From positions 2,891-66,890 of the forward strand of contig VMGD01000001.1 of the NCBI GenBank assembly GCA_007376405.1: a stretch of DNA of 64,000 nt, read 5' to 3'. The notes below the pieces were generated by a model, which saw nothing but the letters and a program-made list of their open reading frames with translations, was not told the origin of the DNA and did not search any database. The position numbers and the translations under genes are program-made. Shown here piece after piece: positions 28,301-38,840 of this stretch (within the stretch, counting starts at the first letter, position 1; each line of letters opens with the position of its first letter). Source of the DNA: Microgenomates group bacterium Gr01-1014_7. Its GTDB lineage: Bacteria > Patescibacteriota > Microgenomatia > Daviesbacterales > UBA10151.

Positions 28301-28999
28301 ATGCCAAGTATAACCATTGCTATTCCTGTCTATAATGAGGAGGAGAATATTGAATGGGTTATTAAGGATACCTTAAAAACTTTACCCAAATATTTTAAGG
28401 ACTGGGAAATTGTTGCTGTTGATGATGGTTCGAAAGATAAAGTAGGACAAATTCTAGATCAGTTAGCAACTAAAAATTCTAAACTAAAAGTAATCCACCA
28501 AGAGCATGGTGGCTATTCAAAAGCCATGCTGACTGGGATTAAAGCAGCCACAAAAGATTATATCGCTTATATGCCGGCAGATGGGCAATTCTTAGTTTCT
28601 GATATGAGGCATTGTTTTAAGATTATGTCTAAAAATGATCTGGTCTTAGGTTACAGAGGCAGCAGGCCGGACTATACTGTCAAAAGAATTATTTTTTCCT
28701 ATGGTTATCTTTTACTTTTATTATTTCTGTTTGGCATCCGTTGGATAGATATTGGTTGGGTAAATATTTGGAGAAGGAAAGAAGTCCAAAAGCTAAAATT
28801 AAAAGATACAGGCGGAATTTTTATTTTGACTGAAATCGTTGTCAGGTTTATTAGGAAAGGTTTAAAAATTGATGAAGCTCCTTCCTATTATCATGTCAGA
28901 TCTAAAGGAGAAGCAAAAAATGCTAAATTAAAAGTGGTATTTAATACTTTTTTATCAGCATTAAAACTAAAATTGGAGCTGATGAATCTTTTTCACTAA
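28301..28999 (+). CDS. GT2, polyprenol-phosphate glycosyltransferase (DPM1-like)
   Basis: IPVYNEE, VDDGSKD, PADGQF, GYR; short DPM-type length. Confidence 0.82.
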   Translation: MPSITIAIPVYNEEENIEWVIKDTLKTLPKYFKDWEIVAVDDGSKDKVGQILDQLATKNSKLKVIHQEHGGYSKAMLTGIKAATKDYIAYMPADGQFLVSDMRHCFKIMSKNDLVLGYRGSRPDYTVKRIIFSYGYLLLLLFLFGIRWIDIGWVNIWRRKEVQKLKLKDTGGIFILTEIVVRFIRKGLKIDEAPSYYHVRSKGEAKNAKLKVVFNTFLSALKLKLELMNLFH

Positions 29000-29029
29000 T
29001 TGAAATTTGATATCCGACTTATGTAAAAT
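29000..29029 (+). promoter_or_regulatory. Promoter giving a likely leaderless transcript for 29037
   Basis: TTGAAA 29000-29005, 18 bp, TAAAAT 29024-29029, 7 nt, ATG 29037. Confidence 0.5.
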
Positions 29030-29036
29030 AGTTACC

Positions 29037-30662
29037 ATGTCAGTAACAAAACTTTTTACTTTATTTCCTCCCTTCATTTATTATGCAATGCTTCTACTTA
29101 TTGTTGGGATTTTTGTTTTTAATAAAACTTTTCACCTATCACTCATTGGTGATGAGTGGCAAATGATGTGGATAGTTAAAAATTCAGTAGTAACAACTGG
29201 GCAATGGGATTTGCATATAAATCAGACTTTCGGACAGGGATATCGCATGGGAGCATTAATAATGTATCTTCTTACAGAGTATTTTGGATATGATGGAAAA
29301 ACTGTTTATATATTCTCATTTATAACAAGATTTTTTGCTACTTTAACTTTATTTTATTTCTTAAGAAAAAGAGGGTGCTCCTATTTAGCAGCTTTTTTAG
29401 GATCACTTTTTTTCCTAGTAACGCCGATTGGGTTACAGGCAACTGATTGGGCAAAAAATTTCACATCTTATATATCTATTAGCTTTTTTCTGCTTTGTAT
29501 CGACTCTATTTATAGTCTAAAATCTTGGAGAAGCATTTTATTTTTTCTTCTTACTTTTTCAATCTCAATTTATGTTAATCCAATCAGAAGCCATGGTATA
29601 ATTTTGACAACTACATTTTTATTAATCTTCCAATATTTTTTTAGCAGATCAGTGGATAAAAAAAGGATTATCTTTTCTTTATTTTGTTCTTTAGCTATAT
29701 TTTTTCTATTTTTAAAAATGTTGGTTTTTGGCGGGATTACTATTGGGCAAATAGAAACGCTTTTCGGCTCAATCGGTGCCGCACTATTACCCCAACCTTC
29801 TTTACCTTACCTTATCCTATTAGTTGTAACTTTATTGCTTTGGAAAAGGTATTTAGTGAGTAAAAAATACTTATTATTTACCTTAAGTCTCCATACTCTT
29901 ATCATCCCTATTTTCTTTGGTACGTTTTTAAACATTTCAAACGATAAATTGTTCGCTATTCTAGGTATTTATTTTACATTATTTATGATATATGTATTTA
30001 TAATTGAGTTATCAAATAAGAAAACACCTGAAGCTTTAAATGCAGCCTTACCATTTTTGTTAATTATTTGTTTTCTTATTGCTCCTTGGTTAGTAGGAAC
30101 TCCTATTGTAGGTCCAACTCATAGATACCTGATTTATTCTGCTCTATCACTACCAATAATAGTAGCATTCTCATTAAATCAAAATATGCTTCTGAAACTT
30201 AGGTCAATTAGCTTTTGTATTACTTCGTTATTTTTACTAATGTTTTATTTATCTTTAAAATCAGATATAAACGAAATGTACAGTTTCCATAATCAAAATA
30301 CTGCTAAAATAATCTGGCAGCAAATCGCCCCTTATTTTGACAATTATGATTTTAAAAATCATACGCCGGTTGTTTTTTTTGATTCAAATAATGAAGCAGC
30401 TATCGTACATGATGTTGTAACTTTTGGATTTGGATTTCATATGGGTTATATATATAAAATTTGGGTATATGATATCAAGGAGATGAATAATAAATTACCG
30501 ATTGCTGTGGATAGCTTGGCTGATTTTACTTCGATGGTTACAGATGGAAAGGTTATTAAAAAATATGTGGGTAAAGATGCTAAGCCTTTTATATTTCCAA
30601 AAGCAGACGCTTTCTACTTCAAAATTGATAATTTAAAAGTTACTAGAGTTGAGGATTTTTAA
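29037..30662 (+). CDS. Multi-TM GT-C-like glycosyltransferase, family A
   Basis: LIGDEW loop, THRYLI, FFD, FGF..HM. Confidence 0.68.
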   Translation: MSVTKLFTLFPPFIYYAMLLLIVGIFVFNKTFHLSLIGDEWQMMWIVKNSVVTTGQWDLHINQTFGQGYRMGALIMYLLTEYFGYDGKTVYIFSFITRFFATLTLFYFLRKRGCSYLAAFLGSLFFLVTPIGLQATDWAKNFTSYISISFFLLCIDSIYSLKSWRSILFFLLTFSISIYVNPIRSHGIILTTTFLLIFQYFFSRSVDKKRIIFSLFCSLAIFFLFLKMLVFGGITIGQIETLFGSIGAALLPQPSLPYLILLVVTLLLWKRYLVSKKYLLFTLSLHTLIIPIFFGTFLNISNDKLFAILGIYFTLFMIYVFIIELSNKKTPEALNAALPFLLIICFLIAPWLVGTPIVGPTHRYLIYSALSLPIIVAFSLNQNMLLKLRSISFCITSLFLLMFYLSLKSDINEMYSFHNQNTAKIIWQQIAPYFDNYDFKNHTPVVFFDSNNEAAIVHDVVTFGFGFHMGYIYKIWVYDIKEMNNKLPIAVDSLADFTSMVTDGKVIKKYVGKDAKPFIFPKADAFYFKIDNLKVTRVEDF

Positions 30663-31491
30663 CTGGAGCAAAATTGGTAACAATAGGATAATGATCTGAT
30701 GCCGTAGAATCTATTTTTTGTGCATTAATAACTTGCAGGTTTTTACTCCAAATATAATCTAGTTTTCTTCTGACGTGGACGTTTAGGTGTTTAATTACCT
30801 TTTTTACTAATCCTGGTTTTTCACCAAAATCAGAATTATAAATATCAGCACTCCAGACTATATCTTTTGTAGCATCAGTAAATGAGTACATATCAAACAA
30901 CCCTCGCATAGCTTGGACTTCTTTGCCTGTTTTAAAGAGGTCAATGGTATTAAAGTCACCACAAATGATTTCATATTCAACTTTTGGTTTATCTTTTATG
31001 AAATCAAGTATATACTTCGCCTGCTTTATTCTATTTTTTGTTCCCCCTACAGTATCTAAACGAAGGGAAGTGATTCTTAAAGAGTGACCATTCAGAGAAA
31101 AGGTTCCTACAATCGCTCTATTTTGTAAAGGAGTATCAATATAACCCGTAGACCTTAACACTAGCCTATCTAGCAAGGGGTATTTCTTCATCTTCGGTAA
31201 ATTTATCTTTTCAATCTTTTGAAGTTTCAAAATACTTTCATCCCAAAGAATACCAACACCTACGTCTAGGTAATTTCCTTCTTCTCCAACAAAATATTCT
31301 AATTTCCAATTTTTCCCTAATTCCTTTAACAAAACATCTACAATAAATTCATTTTCAGGAAGTCTCAAAACTTCCTGAAAGCAGAATACATTCACTCCGT
31401 TTTGTATCATCTGAATAATTGTCTTTATTAATAACTGAGGACGTCTTGAATATTCTATATTATACGTAGCGACGGAAAGAGAGGTATTCAT
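30643..31491 (-). CDS. Endonuclease/exonuclease/phosphatase (EEP) family protein
   Basis: ATYNI, FQEV, GDFN, LDYI, SDHYP. Confidence 0.9.
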   Translation of the reverse strand: MNTSLSVATYNIEYSRRPQLLIKTIIQMIQNGVNVFCFQEVLRLPENEFIVDVLLKELGKNWKLEYFVGEEGNYLDVGVGILWDESILKLQKIEKINLPKMKKYPLLDRLVLRSTGYIDTPLQNRAIVGTFSLNGHSLRITSLRLDTVGGTKNRIKQAKYILDFIKDKPKVEYEIICGDFNTIDLFKTGKEVQAMRGLFDMYSFTDATKDIVWSADIYNSDFGEKPGLVKKVIKHLNVHVRRKLDYIWSKNLQVINAQKIDSTASDHYPIVTNFAPVKNPQL

Positions 31492-31641
31492 AAAAAAATA
31501 TTATACTTATAATGATATCATACGTATTAAGAAATACCTTTCGATTAGATAAGTTTAACTTATATACTACTATGATTTTATTAAACTGAATGGTAGAATA
31601 AAATGTTCAGACTAAAATATTAAGTTATACTTAAATTATCT

Positions 31642-33411
31642 ATGCTGCTTAAATTATCGAAGAATTTCTTATTTATTTTTTCTATATTACTGATTAGTTT
31701 ATTTACTCTTTACCCAAGTTTTAATTTGGCATTATTTGGTGATGACTGGTTGGTGATCTATAGGTATGTCAGTGACGTTGGGTCTATTTCTGCAGGGTTT
31801 TCAAAACATTTGCACGAATACCTCTCTCCTTATGGCCCCACTCAAGTTTTTATGGGTATACTGGAACAACTCTACAATTATAATTCTACTTTTTACTATA
31901 TAACCTCATATTTGCTTAGACTTTTTGCTGCTTTTTCACTCTTCCCTATTACTTTTTATCTAACCAGAAATAAATTATCCGCTTTTTTTGCAGTTCTTTT
32001 TTTCAGTGTAACAACTACTGGTTTCGATACTACCAATTGGGTATTCAATATGACTTCTTATTTAGCCATCGGTTTTATTAGTCTCTTTCTATTTTTTTAT
32101 TTAAGATCTAAAGAGGAAGAAAGGACGATTTTTTTGGTACCTGCAATAATTCTTTTTTATCTCGCCTATATTACCTCTTCAATTAGAATGCATGCTACAT
32201 TACCTTTACTTATTCTGCTGGAAATTATCTGGAATTTCCAAGAAAGAAATCTCATTTTTGCTCGAAAATCTCTTGTAAGGCTCACGTTAGTAGTAGTAAC
32301 TATTTTATTCATTCGTTTTACTGGCGCTTCGTTTGGACAGCCTACCGAGGCCGCTGATAGGTTTAGGGAAGGTATTAGTACTGCCAAATTATTTCTTAAT
32401 CAAGGGCGATACGATTTCCTAGCATATCCATTGGCATCTTTTGGAAGTATATTTATTCCAGATGCTATTTTACCTTTTTCGGGCCAAGTTTCATCAATCA
32501 AAAATCTTATCATAAATATGGTGCTACCAATTTTACTGATTTTTGTTATAGTATCTAGATTTCTTATGAAATTAACCTATGATTTAAAGAGAGATTTCTT
32601 TGGCATTTTATTTGCTCTTACAATTGTCTGGACAATTATTGCAATCATTTTTTATAAAGGTAACATTTCCACCTTCTCTTCAGCTGCTTATAACTCACTT
32701 TTATTAATAGGTGGTTATATATTTATCCTTGGTCTGATGTTGATAATTAAAAACATAAAGCTAAAATCTACTTCAACTTTACTTATTCTGTCGCTTGCAT
32801 GGATATTACTATCTTATTTGTATGCGTGGTGGTGGAAACCTGAATCCTTATATTTAACAACTCACAGATATCTTATTGTTGGAGCGGCTGGAGCGGCTAT
32901 ATTTTTATCTGGTCTTATAAGTTTAGGAAAAAGCAAGCGTAATCAGATTACGATCTTCATGATGTTTGTTCCCTTATTAATAATACATATTTATTCAACC
33001 AGAATGTATGAGAATCAATTAATATCTTCCGGACATGGTCAAGAAATTTTCAATAAAATATGGGCATCTATTCCTTATATACCGGAAATTAGCAAAAAAG
33101 AAAAAGCATCTATTTTCTATTTCGAAGGAGACGGGACTAATGGCAGTATCCTACACGATAGTATCACCTTTGGTTTTTCACCTCACATGGCTCTGCTTTA
33201 CAATATTACTGAAAGTAATAAAATACCACAAGCGATGGATTCTTGGGAAGATGTGGTGTCTGCTGTTAATGATGGAAAAATTTTAAAAAAGTATGGTATT
33301 GCAAAAGACCCAATTCCCATAGATAATGTATACGCTTTTAAACTTGAAGGAAAAGATCATCTTATAAACCTCACCACTCAAGCACGGGAGAAACTATTGA
33401 AGGTACCATGA
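31642..33411 (+). CDS. Multi-TM GT-C-like glycosyltransferase, family A
   Basis: ALFGDDW, DTTNWVFNM, IRMH, THRYL, FYFEGD, FGFSPHM. Confidence 0.7.
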   Translation: MLLKLSKNFLFIFSILLISLFTLYPSFNLALFGDDWLVIYRYVSDVGSISAGFSKHLHEYLSPYGPTQVFMGILEQLYNYNSTFYYITSYLLRLFAAFSLFPITFYLTRNKLSAFFAVLFFSVTTTGFDTTNWVFNMTSYLAIGFISLFLFFYLRSKEEERTIFLVPAIILFYLAYITSSIRMHATLPLLILLEIIWNFQERNLIFARKSLVRLTLVVVTILFIRFTGASFGQPTEAADRFREGISTAKLFLNQGRYDFLAYPLASFGSIFIPDAILPFSGQVSSIKNLIINMVLPILLIFVIVSRFLMKLTYDLKRDFFGILFALTIVWTIIAIIFYKGNISTFSSAAYNSLLLIGGYIFILGLMLIIKNIKLKSTSTLLILSLAWILLSYLYAWWWKPESLYLTTHRYLIVGAAGAAIFLSGLISLGKSKRNQITIFMMFVPLLIIHIYSTRMYENQLISSGHGQEIFNKIWASIPYIPEISKKEKASIFYFEGDGTNGSILHDSITFGFSPHMALLYNITESNKIPQAMDSWEDVVSAVNDGKILKKYGIAKDPIPIDNVYAFKLEGKDHLINLTTQAREKLLKVP

Positions 33412-33974
33412 AGAAATTTAATATATCAGTTATTACCACTCCGTATCGAGCTAAGTTAATAATTTCAATTTATAAGAGTTGGTTTAAAAGAAACGGGAAA
33501 GCGCTAGATGTGGGTTGTGGAACAGGTATAGTTGCCAATATATTAAAGAAAGAATTAGGGCTTAAGATTACTGGATGTGATGTTAAAAACTATTTAATTC
33601 ATAATATTCCATTCGTTAAGGTAAAAGGCGATAAACTTCCATTTCCTAAACATAGTTTTGATGTTGTTCTATTTAATGATGTCTTACATCACATTGATAA
33701 ACCAAAACAGGAGCAGGTAATAAGTGAGGCTCTTAGAGTTGGAAAAAATGTTTTTATTTTTGAATACGAAGCTGGTACAGGTGGCAAAATATTAGACATT
33801 GTACTTAACAAATTCCACTATGATGATCTTAATACTCCCTTAGCATTTAGGAGTGCTAATGAATGGAAGCAATTATTCAAAAAACTATCTGCCAACTATG
33901 ATTATATTAAACTGAAAAAACCCTTTTGGTATCCATTCACACATATAGCATTTAGAGTAAGTAAAAATAAATGA
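33408..33974 (+). CDS. Class I SAM-dependent methyltransferase
   Basis: LDVGCGTG, LPF...FD, DVLHH, EALRV. Confidence 0.9.
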   Translation: MKKFNISVITTPYRAKLIISIYKSWFKRNGKALDVGCGTGIVANILKKELGLKITGCDVKNYLIHNIPFVKVKGDKLPFPKHSFDVVLFNDVLHHIDKPKQEQVISEALRVGKNVFIFEYEAGTGGKILDIVLNKFHYDDLNTPLAFRSANEWKQLFKKLSANYDYIKLKKPFWYPFTHIAFRVSKNK

Positions 33975-35767
33975 GGTCGATAATATCAATTCTTCTTATT
34001 GTATTATTAAGTTTGTTTACATTTTTCCCTTCTTTTAATTTAGCTCTTTTTGGAGACGACTGGCTGGCTTTCTATAGATATAGTAAAATATTAGGACCAT
34101 TTGCCCAGGATAATTCGTCGACTCATCTCAAGTACTTCTTAACTCCATACGGCGCACAAGACATCCTTATGGGCTTGCTACAAAAAATATACGGTTATCA
34201 ATCATCACTTTATTATCTCACTTCATATATATTCAGAATTATCGCTGCTGTTTCTTTTTATCCACTTACTTTATATCTAACCAAAAGTAAATTGGCAGCC
34301 TTTTTTGCAATACTTTTTTTCTCAATTACCGCCATAGGCATTGATACAACCAACTGGGTCTTTAATATGCCCTCCTATATTACCATAGCATTGTTTAATT
34401 TATTCTTATATTTTTTTCTTAAATCCCGTGAGGATAAAAAACCTAAGTTACTGCTTATTATTAGCGGCTTACTTTACTATTTAGCATATGTTATTACCCC
34501 TATTAGAATGCATGGGTCATTGCTACTTATTTTTTTATTAGAGACATTCTGGTTTTTTCAAAAAAGAGATAAAAAGACATTAAAAAAAATTATCTTAAGA
34601 CTTACAATAATAATTTTAATATTCTTAATTATAAGATACACCGGACATTCACAAGGACCTCCCGAAGAAATAAGTCAACGACTTAATATAGGAATAACTA
34701 CGGATTTAACTATGCTTAAGTATGGAAGATTTGACTTTATTTTTTATCCTATTGTTATGTTTGGCGCTATGTTTCTTCCGGATTTACGGAGTTTCCTCCT
34801 TGGTCCAGATCAATTATTAGGATATAGTATACCAACATTTTCGTATGTGAATCTTATTTTTATCTATCTTACTCCGGCATTTTTGGGCTTCTTGTTACTA
34901 AATTTTGTTTTAATGAAGAATATTTCTTTATCAAGTAATTTTTTTTGGAGAAATGGAATAGCCGGGTTGTTATGGATAATAATTACCTTATTAATTCATC
35001 AGTTTAACGCAACCATTTTTTTTGATGAGAAGTATATCCTTTCTTTAACGCTTGGAGGCTTTGCAATAATTATCATACTTTCCTTAATCTTAAAATTTTT
35101 TAAAGAGATAAATATCACTACGTCATTATTTTTATCTTTTTCTTGGTCAATATTGGCTTTTTTCTTTGCATGGTGGTGGGTACCTAATACTATATTTCCT
35201 ACTCCCTATAGATATTTCATAGTTTCCGCTGTTGGGATTTCAATCTTTTTGGCAACTATTATTGGTTTAGGAAAAAATATAAAGCAGCGGATCAATATTT
35301 TTTCGTTTTTGCTGATTTTAGTTATTATTCATGTAATATCAACTCATTCCTATTTGAGTCAATTAAAAGATATCCGTTCACAAGAACTTTATAATAGGGT
35401 TTGGTCTCAAATGCCATATGTTCCCGCAGTTGGCAAAACATCTCGTCCGATTATTTTTTATTTTGAAGGAGATGGCACCGTGGCTAATGCAAACATCTTG
35501 TATAGTGTGATAGCCTTTGGTTTTCCACCGCACATGTACTTACTTTATAATCTTACTTCTGATGCTCAAATTCCAGCAATAATGGACACTTGGGATGAGG
35601 TTATATCTGCTGTCAAAGATGGAAAATCTTTTAAAAGGCATATCGGTACAGCCATAGATCCAATACCTATTGATAATGTATTTGCTTATCATCTTGAGGG
35701 CGCAGACAGGCTTATTAATATAACGGATTTAGCCAGAGAAAAATTAAGGCAAACGCTTAATAATTAG
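33971..35767 (+). CDS. Multi-TM GT-C-like glycosyltransferase, family A (close paralog of 31642)
   Basis: ALFGDDW, DTTNWVFNM, IRMH, FYFEGD, FGFPPHM. Confidence 0.7.
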   Translation: MRSIISILLIVLLSLFTFFPSFNLALFGDDWLAFYRYSKILGPFAQDNSSTHLKYFLTPYGAQDILMGLLQKIYGYQSSLYYLTSYIFRIIAAVSFYPLTLYLTKSKLAAFFAILFFSITAIGIDTTNWVFNMPSYITIALFNLFLYFFLKSREDKKPKLLLIISGLLYYLAYVITPIRMHGSLLLIFLLETFWFFQKRDKKTLKKIILRLTIIILIFLIIRYTGHSQGPPEEISQRLNIGITTDLTMLKYGRFDFIFYPIVMFGAMFLPDLRSFLLGPDQLLGYSIPTFSYVNLIFIYLTPAFLGFLLLNFVLMKNISLSSNFFWRNGIAGLLWIIITLLIHQFNATIFFDEKYILSLTLGGFAIIIILSLILKFFKEINITTSLFLSFSWSILAFFFAWWWVPNTIFPTPYRYFIVSAVGISIFLATIIGLGKNIKQRINIFSFLLILVIIHVISTHSYLSQLKDIRSQELYNRVWSQMPYVPAVGKTSRPIIFYFEGDGTVANANILYSVIAFGFPPHMYLLYNLTSDAQIPAIMDTWDEVISAVKDGKSFKRHIGTAIDPIPIDNVFAYHLEGADRLINITDLAREKLRQTLNN

Positions 35768-37033
35768 TTAAACAATTCTAGGTTCTGGTAAAGGGATAAT
35801 AAACTTACCCCTAAATCCTCTTTGCTTTAATTTTGGTATTAATTCTTCTGCGATGTGCCATGATAAAAGCAAAGCATAATCAGGTTGATCTTTAAATAAT
35901 ATAGATTCTTCAAGAATAGGTATTTTTGTACCGGGGATATATTTTCCTATTTTATAAGAACCTTTAATTTCCACAACACAATCCAATATATCCTGGTCTA
36001 AACCTAAATAATTGATCAAGGTACTGGCTCTTGAAGGAGCGCTTATCCCAAAGATTGTTTTTCTTTTTTTCTTGATATCAAAAAGCAAGCTTTGCAATCC
36101 TAATTTTGATAATACAACCCTATCTTTAAATTTAAGTAAGCTATCCATGCTAGTAACCACTTCTTTTTCCTTTGCTAATATTTCAGTGACGCTTTTATTT
36201 TTACTATATAAACCTTTTTTGGCAGCATATACTCTTATGGAGCCTCCGTGCGAGGGTATTTGTTTTGCATGAAAAATTTCCAGTCCATGCTTCTTTAAGA
36301 GATAACTTAAGCTAGTCAAAGAATAATACCTCAAATGCTCATGATAGATAGTGTCATACTGGACTGTTCTTATTAGTGGATAAAGATAGTGTGATTCAGA
36401 AATAAACACACCATCTGTTTGAAGTAAGGAGACAATATTATCCAAGACCCCGTTCACATCCTCTATGTGTGCAAATACATTGGCAGCTGTGACAACCTTT
36501 GCTTTTCCATATTTTTTCTTAATTTTATCAACTACTTCAGGTCTAAAATAATCCAATACTGTAGGTATATTCTTTTCAATAGCTAATTTGCCAATATCCT
36601 CCGGAGTAACTCCTAAAACCTTAGCATATGAAACAAAATTACTAAGCAGTGTACCGTCATTACTTCCAATATCCACTACTAAATCTTCTGTATGTAAACC
36701 AATGATTTTCTTTACTTCTTGTCCTAAATCAGCGAAATTATCTCTTAATACTTTTGTTGTTCCACTTGTGTAAGGATATTCTTTAGGAAAAATTATTTGG
36801 GGGTCTACCGCTAAACCGAGTTGAACTAAATGACATTTAGAACAATACAGTAATTCCGCTGGATAACTGGGTTGTTCTTTAGGTTTTGAGCCAATAGGAT
36901 GCAGCTGGTTAACAGGAGGCAAATATCCCAAGAACAAAACGGATTTCAAATTTGAATTATTACAAATTTGGCAATTTTCTACTACAGCACTACCACCGGT
37001 TCCAAATACAGATTTCAAATTTAGCTTAATCAT
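35768..37033 (-). CDS. NDP-sugar C-methyltransferase (TylCIII/NovU family)
   Basis: CQIC, CSKC, DIGSNDG, YHEHLRYY, HGGS; likely start ATG 37033. Confidence 0.9.
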   Translation of the reverse strand: MIKLNLKSVFGTGGSAVVENCQICNNSNLKSVLFLGYLPPVNQLHPIGSKPKEQPSYPAELLYCSKCHLVQLGLAVDPQIIFPKEYPYTSGTTKVLRDNFADLGQEVKKIIGLHTEDLVVDIGSNDGTLLSNFVSYAKVLGVTPEDIGKLAIEKNIPTVLDYFRPEVVDKIKKKYGKAKVVTAANVFAHIEDVNGVLDNIVSLLQTDGVFISESHYLYPLIRTVQYDTIYHEHLRYYSLTSLSYLLKKHGLEIFHAKQIPSHGGSIRVYAAKKGLYSKNKSVTEILAKEKEVVTSMDSLLKFKDRVVLSKLGLQSLLFDIKKKRKTIFGISAPSRASTLINYLGLDQDILDCVVEIKGSYKIGKYIPGTKIPILEESILFKDQPDYALLLSWHIAEELIPKLKQRGFRGKFIIPLPEPRIV

Positions 37034-38009
37034 TTTTAAATTGTAAATGGGCAAAGGCATTATACCATTCGATTGTTTTTTGTAAACCATCTTTCAAAGA
37101 AGTCTTTTGCTTAAAACCTAGCTTTTTTAGTTTTGTTATATCCGGACAACGACGTAAAGTACTGCCTTTAGTCAATTTTCCGGGAACTATCTTAATCTTT
37201 ACATTAAAACATGCACCAATTTCTTCGGCTAGCTGCGAAATTGTAATTTCTTGCATTGTGCCAATATTATAAATTTCTAAATGTTTGCCTTTATCTAAAA
37301 CTGTTAATAAACCATCTGTGAAATCATCAATATACATATAAGCTCTAGTTTCTTTTCCAGAACCCTGTATTGGTAACCTAATAACGCCTTTACCCTTTTT
37401 ATCTCCAATTATTTTTTTTATTCGTAAAGTTAGTTGTGGTATCACATGTTCAAATCTCATATTCGGACCATAGACATTATGAGGTCTAACAATCATTACC
37501 TTATTAAAAAATTTACGTCCATAATTTATGGCCAAAATTTCTGAAATAATTTTTCCTGCTCCATAGGAGTATCTGGAATTAAATGGATCAGGAATAACCA
37601 TGGCAACTGTTTCTGGTGTAGGAATAATATTAGGAGTTTGATAGACTTCAGAACTGGATACTAAGATAAAATTTTTTACTTTATGTTTAATAGAACCATC
37701 TAATATATTAATAATACCCTTCACACCGACTTCTAAAATTAATTCAGGCTTTGTATAAAAATATTCTGTTCCATTTATGTATGCTAGATGGATTATGCAA
37801 TCTATCTTTTGACAAGCTTTCTCAACTACCTCTTTATCCCTAATATCTCCTTTTATAAATTCAAACTTGCCTTCAATATCTTTAAGTCTTGCTATCTCAC
37901 CCCTAGAGTCATTATCTAGGATTCTGACCCTATGTCCTTGTTTGATAAGAGATTTGGTAAGACTGCTTCCAATGAATCCTGTTCCTCCCGTAACGAGATA
38001 GTGTTTCAT
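37026..38009 (-). CDS. NAD-dependent epimerase/dehydratase (UXS/ArnA decarboxylase-like SDR)
   Basis: GGTGFIG, SSSEVY, RYSYGAGK, RPHNVYGP, RRCPD. Confidence 0.82.
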   Translation of the reverse strand: MKHYLVTGGTGFIGSSLTKSLIKQGHRVRILDNDSRGEIARLKDIEGKFEFIKGDIRDKEVVEKACQKIDCIIHLAYINGTEYFYTKPELILEVGVKGIINILDGSIKHKVKNFILVSSSEVYQTPNIIPTPETVAMVIPDPFNSRYSYGAGKIISEILAINYGRKFFNKVMIVRPHNVYGPNMRFEHVIPQLTLRIKKIIGDKKGKGVIRLPIQGSGKETRAYMYIDDFTDGLLTVLDKGKHLEIYNIGTMQEITISQLAEEIGACFNVKIKIVPGKLTKGSTLRRCPDITKLKKLGFKQKTSLKDGLQKTIEWYNAFAHLQFKND

Positions 38010-38713
38010 AATCCTCTAAAACCAACACTTAAAATAGTTTTTAGAAATAAAAAACCATCCTTAAAAGGAATTAATTTTGAGTTACCAACTACACGAGTCT
38101 TATAATCAATGGGGACACAAATAATTTTATAATTTTTTTGAGCTGCTTTAATAATCACTTCTGCCTCATATCCATAATGATTTATTTGCATATTAATATC
38201 CTCCAAAGCTTTCTTCTTAAATGCCTTAAATCCTGCTGGCATATCTGTAATCCTTTGCCCACTGAAACATGAAGTAAGAAGTGAAAGAGCATAAATGCCG
38301 ATACGTCTCAGTCTGGTCACAGAACCTTTTTCAGGATTACCACCCTTTTCATACCGACTACCCAGAGCAACATCATAACCGCTAAGAAGAGGTTCCACAA
38401 GTTTAGGTATATCATAGGGCATAAACTGATAATCAGCATCCATTTGGACAATTATGTCACCTTTGGCAGAAGGAAGGGCAAGTCGGAGAGCTGCTCCTTT
38501 TCCCAGCCATTTACCGGTATGAATAACCTTAGCTCCTGCTTTTTTTGCAACCTCTCCTGTATGATCTGTCGTCTTACTATCAAGCACAACTAAAACTTCC
38601 AGCTTATATTTTTTGATCTTTATGGTTTCTCTAATAGTTCTTTCTATATTTTTTTCTTCATTCAAAGCAGCAATCATGACAGATACAAATGGGTGTTCAC
38701 TTCTCTTTTTCAT
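38006..38713 (-). CDS. GT2, polyprenol-phosphate glycosyltransferase (DPM1-like)
   Basis: ALNEE, GKGAA, MDADYQ, GSR, TD...GFKAF. Confidence 0.85.
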   Translation of the reverse strand: MKKRSEHPFVSVMIAALNEEKNIERTIRETIKIKKYKLEVLVVLDSKTTDHTGEVAKKAGAKVIHTGKWLGKGAALRLALPSAKGDIIVQMDADYQFMPYDIPKLVEPLLSGYDVALGSRYEKGGNPEKGSVTRLRRIGIYALSLLTSCFSGQRITDMPAGFKAFKKKALEDINMQINHYGYEAEVIIKAAQKNYKIICVPIDYKTRVVGNSKLIPFKDGFLFLKTILSVGFRGL

Positions 38714-38840
38714 ATGCTTAAATACATGTGTACTATACTATATAATCATTATATGATTATTATCAAATCTCTGTACTGGATTTTCTTTGTTACAAACTGA
38801 TAATCCTGCTTAGTTAACCAGGTAGGTATTCTCTTATCTA

